Source of the DNA: Spirochaetia bacterium
Lineage (GTDB): Bacteria; Spirochaetota; Spirochaetia; SZUA-6; Bin103
Direction: 5' to 3'
DNA length: 64,000 nucleotides
Assembly (NCBI GenBank): GCA_965199955.1
Contig: CBDATQ010000002.1
Coordinates: forward strand, 1,600,001 to 1,664,000
The translations under genes and the position numbers were made by a program. Below, piece after piece: positions 59,948 to 64,000 of this stretch; position 1 is the first letter of the stretch, and each line of letters starts with the position of its first letter. Below the pieces are notes generated by a model. That model saw only the letters and a list, made by a program, of their open reading frames with translations. It did not search any database and had not been told where the DNA came from.

Positions 59948-60103
59948 GTCCCGCACACCTACACCCTGAAGGGGACGACGGTCATCGACGTCGATCCACC
60001 GGGGAGGGACGGAGCGCTCTATCGCAGGGAGCGCTATCGCCAGGACGAGACGCGCTGGAAGAAGGTCACCCGTTTCGTTCCGGAACGGGAATTCAGGTGG
60101 TGA
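59948..60103 (+). pseudogene. Orphan C-terminal fragment of a (probably GH127-like) protein
   Basis: After a TAG, the frame reads VPHTYTLKGTTVIDVDPPGRDGALYRRERYRQDETRWKKVTRFVPEREFRW*, with genome-typical codons but no start. Confidence 0.45.
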
Positions 60104-60169
60104 AGAGCGTGACTGACCGATGGGACCGCGCGGATTGCTCGGGGTCGGCGCTCCCACTACGATGCGGGC

Positions 60170-62050
60170 ATGGCCGATCCCCGTCTGACGCGACTGAGCG
60201 AGCACCTCTACCGCTTCACCGACATTTGCAACATATACATTATTGTAGACAGTGACCGGGCGCTGCTGATCGATGCCGGCTCCGGGGCCGTCGCCGGGGC
60301 TCTGGCCGGGACGGGAGCGGCCACGGTCGAGTGGGTTGTGCACACCCACCACCACCGGGACCAGTGCGCGGGCACGCCGGCACTTGCTGCAGCGGGCGCA
60401 CAGGTCGCGGTGCCCGAGCACGAGCGCCACCTGTTCGCGGAGGCCGAGCTGTTCTGGCGGACGCGCCGGGTGTATGATAATTACGACGACCGCAACACCT
60501 TCTTCACGTCAGCGCGAGACATCGCCGTCGACGCCGTGCTGGAGGACTACGAGACCTTCACGTGGCGCGGCTATTGCTTCGAGATCATTCCGGCCAAGGG
60601 GCACACGCGCGGCTCCTCGATGCTCATCACCACGATCGACGGGCAGCGGGTGGCGTTCACGGGGGACCTGATGAACGCCGGCGGCAGGCTCTACCAGCTT
60701 CATGCGATGGAGTATGCCTACGGCGGGATGGAGGGGGTCGGCTTCACGATCGAGTCGATCGACGCGCTGGACCGGCTGGACGTGCGGGTCGCCTATCCTT
60801 CGCACGGGGATGCGATTCCCGACGTCGCCGGCGACATCGCGCGCCTGCGCCGCCGGCTGGCCGACTGCGTCGCGCTCGGCAACGGCCTGCGCATCGCCGG
60901 CTCGCGCGAGGACCTGCCGTCTTCGCACTTCCTTCCGGACGCCAGGATGCAGCCGCTGTCCCGCCATCTGCTGTGGGGCGGGCCGTGGACCTGCAGCAAC
61001 TTCTACGTGGTGCTGAGCGATTCCGGCAGGGCGATGTTCGTCGACTACGGCCACTCGCTGGCCACCCACATGCACACCAACTCCGAGCACCACGGCCAGG
61101 AGTCGCTGCGCTTCGTCGCCCACCACCTGGAGGAGCTCCGCGACGACTACGGCGTCACCGAGCTCGACCTCGTGGTGCCCACCCACATCCACGACGACCA
61201 TACCTGCGGCATTCCCTACCTGCAGCGCCACCACGGCACCCGCTGCTGGGCGCTGGGCGAGGTCGCGCAGGTGCTGGAGGACCCGGCCGCCTGGGCCAGC
61301 ACGCCGTGCACGTACCCGCGGCCGATCCGCATCGACCGCTATCTGCGCGACGGCGAGTGCTTCGCGTGGGAGGAGTACCGCTTCGACATCTACTTCGCGC
61401 CCGGCCAGACCGAGTTCCATTCCGTCTACGCTGGCCTGATCGACGGCAGGCGGGTGGCGTTCACGGGTGACAATTTCTTCCTCTCGAACGAGCTGCGCTC
61501 CGGGGAGACGATCAGAAAGCCGATTCAGACGACGGTCCTGCGCAACAGCTTCCAACTCGGCATGCACCGCCGCTGCGCGGAGGTGATGCGCCGCGTCGAC
61601 CCGGAGTTGATCTGCCCCGGCCACGGCGGCGTGATCGACTGCTCGAAGCAGCAGATCGACGAGTACGCGGACTTCATCGCCCGCAAGGAGCGGGCGTTCC
61701 GCAACCTGGTGGCCGAGCCGGCCGATCACTACGTCGACCTGTTCTGGGCGCGGCTGCTCCCGTACCTGGCAGCCGTGGAGCCCGGCGGCCCGGTCGCCTA
61801 CCGCCTCCTGCTGCGCAACAACCTGGAGCGCGATGCGACCTACACCGCGGAGCTCGACCCGCCGTCCGGCTGGAGCGCGGGCGGCTCGGCATCGGTCCGG
61901 CTGCGGGCCGGCGAGCGGGGCGAGGTCGCGCTGCAGGCCACGGCTCCGGCCGGCGGCGACGGCATCCGCCGGCTGGTGACCGCGCGGATCGATGTCGACG
62001 GACAGCCGCACGGCGCCATCGCCGAGGCGCTGGTCACGGTCGCCGGCTGA
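60170..62050 (+). CDS. Tandem metallo-beta-lactamase-fold hydrolase
   Basis: Domain 1 THHHRDQ/GHT/TGD/SHG; domain 2 THIHDDH/PGQT/TGD/PGHG; C-terminal Ig-like beta region. Confidence 0.88.
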   Translation: MADPRLTRLSEHLYRFTDICNIYIIVDSDRALLIDAGSGAVAGALAGTGAATVEWVVHTHHHRDQCAGTPALAAAGAQVAVPEHERHLFAEAELFWRTRRVYDNYDDRNTFFTSARDIAVDAVLEDYETFTWRGYCFEIIPAKGHTRGSSMLITTIDGQRVAFTGDLMNAGGRLYQLHAMEYAYGGMEGVGFTIESIDALDRLDVRVAYPSHGDAIPDVAGDIARLRRRLADCVALGNGLRIAGSREDLPSSHFLPDARMQPLSRHLLWGGPWTCSNFYVVLSDSGRAMFVDYGHSLATHMHTNSEHHGQESLRFVAHHLEELRDDYGVTELDLVVPTHIHDDHTCGIPYLQRHHGTRCWALGEVAQVLEDPAAWASTPCTYPRPIRIDRYLRDGECFAWEEYRFDIYFAPGQTEFHSVYAGLIDGRRVAFTGDNFFLSNELRSGETIRKPIQTTVLRNSFQLGMHRRCAEVMRRVDPELICPGHGGVIDCSKQQIDEYADFIARKERAFRNLVAEPADHYVDLFWARLLPYLAAVEPGGPVAYRLLLRNNLERDATYTAELDPPSGWSAGGSASVRLRAGERGEVALQATAPAGGDGIRRLVTARIDVDGQPHGAIAEALVTVAG

Positions 62051-62067
62051 GCGGGCGGCGCACACCG

Positions 62068-63291
62068 ATGAACGTCCTGTTCTTCCACCTGATGCCGTAC
62101 GCGGAGCTTCCCGCCGACTTCCGGGAGTCGCATCCGTCGATCTGGGTGGACATCGATTCGCGGCTGTTCGATCCCGAGCGCGGCGGCGCCATGTACCGCG
62201 ACTACCTCGACGAGCTGGAGGAGGCGGCGGCGCTCGGCTTCGACGGGGTCTGCGTCAACGAGCACCACTCCAACGGCTACGGCATGATGCCGTCGCCCAA
62301 CCTGATGGCGTCCGTGCTGGCCCGCAACACGACCCGCGGCGCGGTCTGCGTGATGGGCAACGCGCCCGCGCTGTACGATCCGCCGCTGCGGGTCGCCGAG
62401 GAAATGGCGATGCTGGACTGCATCTCCGGCGGGCGGCTGATCGCCGGGCTCCCGCTCGGCACGCCCATGGACACCTGTTACGCCTACGGGCGCAATCCCA
62501 GCACGCTGCGCGACAAGTACGTCGAGGCGTGCGACCTGGTGGTACGGGCGTGGCAGGAGCGGGAGCCGTTCGCGTTCGCGGGGCGCTTCTTCCAGCACCG
62601 CTACGTGAACATCTGGCCGCGGCCGATCCAGAGCCCGCGTCCGCCGATCTGGATCCCCGGCGGCGGCTCACCGGACACGTGGCGCATGTGCGGCCGCGAC
62701 GGCTACGTGTACGCGGCGCTGTCCTACTTCGGCTACCACACTGCCCGCGGGGTGCTGAAGGGCTACTGGGCGGAGCTCGAGCGCCAGGGACGGGAGCCCA
62801 ACCCGTTCCAGGCCGGCTACCTGCAACTCGTCGGCGTGGCGGAGACGAAGCGCGAGGCGCTCGATCTCTACCGCGAGCCGGCCGAGTACTTCTACACCAA
62901 CTGCCTGCACACCAATCCGCGCTTCGCGGTGCCGCCCGGCTACGCGACCGAGGAGTCGGTCCGCTTCCGCGCCCGGCAGGCCAATCCGGGCAACCCGGTC
63001 GCGCAGTTCACCACGGCGCCCACCTACGACCAGATCCTGGAGCGCGGCTACCTGCTCGTGGGCACCCCGGACGAGGTGGCCGAGCGGCTGCGGGACATCG
63101 CCGTGGACCTGAACATCGGCCAGCTCATGCTGCTGCTGCACTTCGGCAACATGGACCGCGGCCTGACCCGCCACAACACGACGCTGTTCGCCGAGCGGGT
63201 GCTGCCGCAGATTCGGGACCTGTTCACCGACCGCTGGGAGGACCACTGGTGGCCGGATGCGGCGCGGCGGGCTGCGGTACGCGACTCATGA
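62068..63291 (+). CDS. Luciferase-like (LLM) flavin-dependent monooxygenase
   Basis: GFDGVCVNEHH, PLRVAEEMAMLDCISGGRL, WPRPIQSPRPPIW, GTPDEV, LFAERVLP. Confidence 0.93.
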   Translation: MNVLFFHLMPYAELPADFRESHPSIWVDIDSRLFDPERGGAMYRDYLDELEEAAALGFDGVCVNEHHSNGYGMMPSPNLMASVLARNTTRGAVCVMGNAPALYDPPLRVAEEMAMLDCISGGRLIAGLPLGTPMDTCYAYGRNPSTLRDKYVEACDLVVRAWQEREPFAFAGRFFQHRYVNIWPRPIQSPRPPIWIPGGGSPDTWRMCGRDGYVYAALSYFGYHTARGVLKGYWAELERQGREPNPFQAGYLQLVGVAETKREALDLYREPAEYFYTNCLHTNPRFAVPPGYATEESVRFRARQANPGNPVAQFTTAPTYDQILERGYLLVGTPDEVAERLRDIAVDLNIGQLMLLLHFGNMDRGLTRHNTTLFAERVLPQIRDLFTDRWEDHWWPDAARRAAVRDS

Positions 63292-64000
63292 GCGAGCCGC
63301 GCGAGCGGACGGTCCGGGTTGCCGGGGTGTCCTGCCGGGTATGGGAGCAGGGGACCGGCGAGCCGGTGGCTTTCCTGGCGGGCGCAGGCGGCCTGCCGCG
63401 CTGGACCCCGTTTCTCCACCGCCTCGCTCGCACGAGGCGCGTGATCGCCCCGAGCCTGCCCGGGTTCCCCGGAGCGGACGCGATCGGCGCGCTCGACGAA
63501 CATCTCGACTGGCTGCTCGCCGCCCATGATCTGCTTTCCGCGGCCGGGGCCGAAGGCGCGGACCTCATCGGCGTCTCGGTGGGAGCCGCGCTGGCCGCCG
63601 ACGTGGCCTGTGTGTGGCCGGCGTCCGTGCGGCGGCTGGTACTGGTGTCGCCGCTGGGGCTGTTCGCCGCCGCGGACCCCACGGCCGACCTGTTCGCGCA
63701 GGGGCCGGGAGACCTGGGCGCGCTGCTGTGCCGCGACCCGGCCACCTGGGACGCCCACGTCGCGCTGCCGGAGTCGGCCGACCGGGTGGAGTGGGCGGTG
63801 GTGCAGGCGCGCGCCCAGGAAGCGGCGGCGCGCCTGCTCTGGCCGGTGGGCGACACGCGGCTCTCGCGCCGCCTGCATCGGCTGGCCCGGCCCGCGCTGC
63901 TGCTGTTCGGCGGCGCCGACCGTGTGCTCCCTGGCGGGTACCGCGCGCTCTGGCGGCGCGCGCTTCCGGATGCTGCGGTGCGGGTGATCGAGGGCGCCGG
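63288..64000 (+). CDS. Alpha/beta-fold hydrolase (runs off the window end; not in the ORF track)
   Basis: ATGA overlap with the LLM gene; MSEPRERTVRVAG..., APSLPGF, nucleophile elbow GVSVG, RLVLVSPLG. Confidence 0.88.
   Translation, partial: MSEPRERTVRVAGVSCRVWEQGTGEPVAFLAGAGGLPRWTPFLHRLARTRRVIAPSLPGFPGADAIGALDEHLDWLLAAHDLLSAAGAEGADLIGVSVGAALAADVACVWPASVRRLVLVSPLGLFAAADPTADLFAQGPGDLGALLCRDPATWDAHVALPESADRVEWAVVQARAQEAAARLLWPVGDTRLSRRLHRLARPALLLFGGADRVLPGGYRALWRRALPDAAVRVIEGA

Overview
High-GC (roughly 70% by eye) bacterial chromosomal segment, most likely from a Spirochaetota genome. This assignment is an inference from three things: the gene order maf-rpsB-tsf-frr-cdsA-rseP-WD40 converging on rpsF-ssb-DUF2232-rplI-dnaB, the short ThrS, and a PBP1A followed by a ParB-N-only gene. 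The ankyrin, PhyH, sulfatase and LLM enrichment resembles marine invertebrate (e.g. sponge) symbionts, but the host cannot be determined from this window. A housekeeping core (about 28-52 kb) is flanked by catabolic/accessory regions (1-28 kb, 53-64 kb). These carry a NarL-regulated sugar ABC system, many oxidoreductases and hydrolases, tRNA-Arg(CCG), and about ten deletion-eroded gene stubs missed or split by the ORF track. Main leads: (1) an unannotated ~95-nt structured sRNA candidate (51587-51682, minus) behind a sigma-28-type promoter, with a C-rich anti-SD loop and an intrinsic terminator; (2) rpsR is missing from the rpsF-ssb-rpsR-rplI operon and a 34-aa basic ORF sits in its place; (3) a palindromic TAG-GAGTCT mini-element follows the stop codons of ssb, dnaB and frr, two of them where a canonical gene (rpsR, uppS) is missing; (4) a coupled PBP1A-GcvH-like-ParB/Srx operon whose ParB-like protein ends in an amphipathic helix instead of a DNA-binding domain. 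All protein calls come from motif recognition; no database searches were run.
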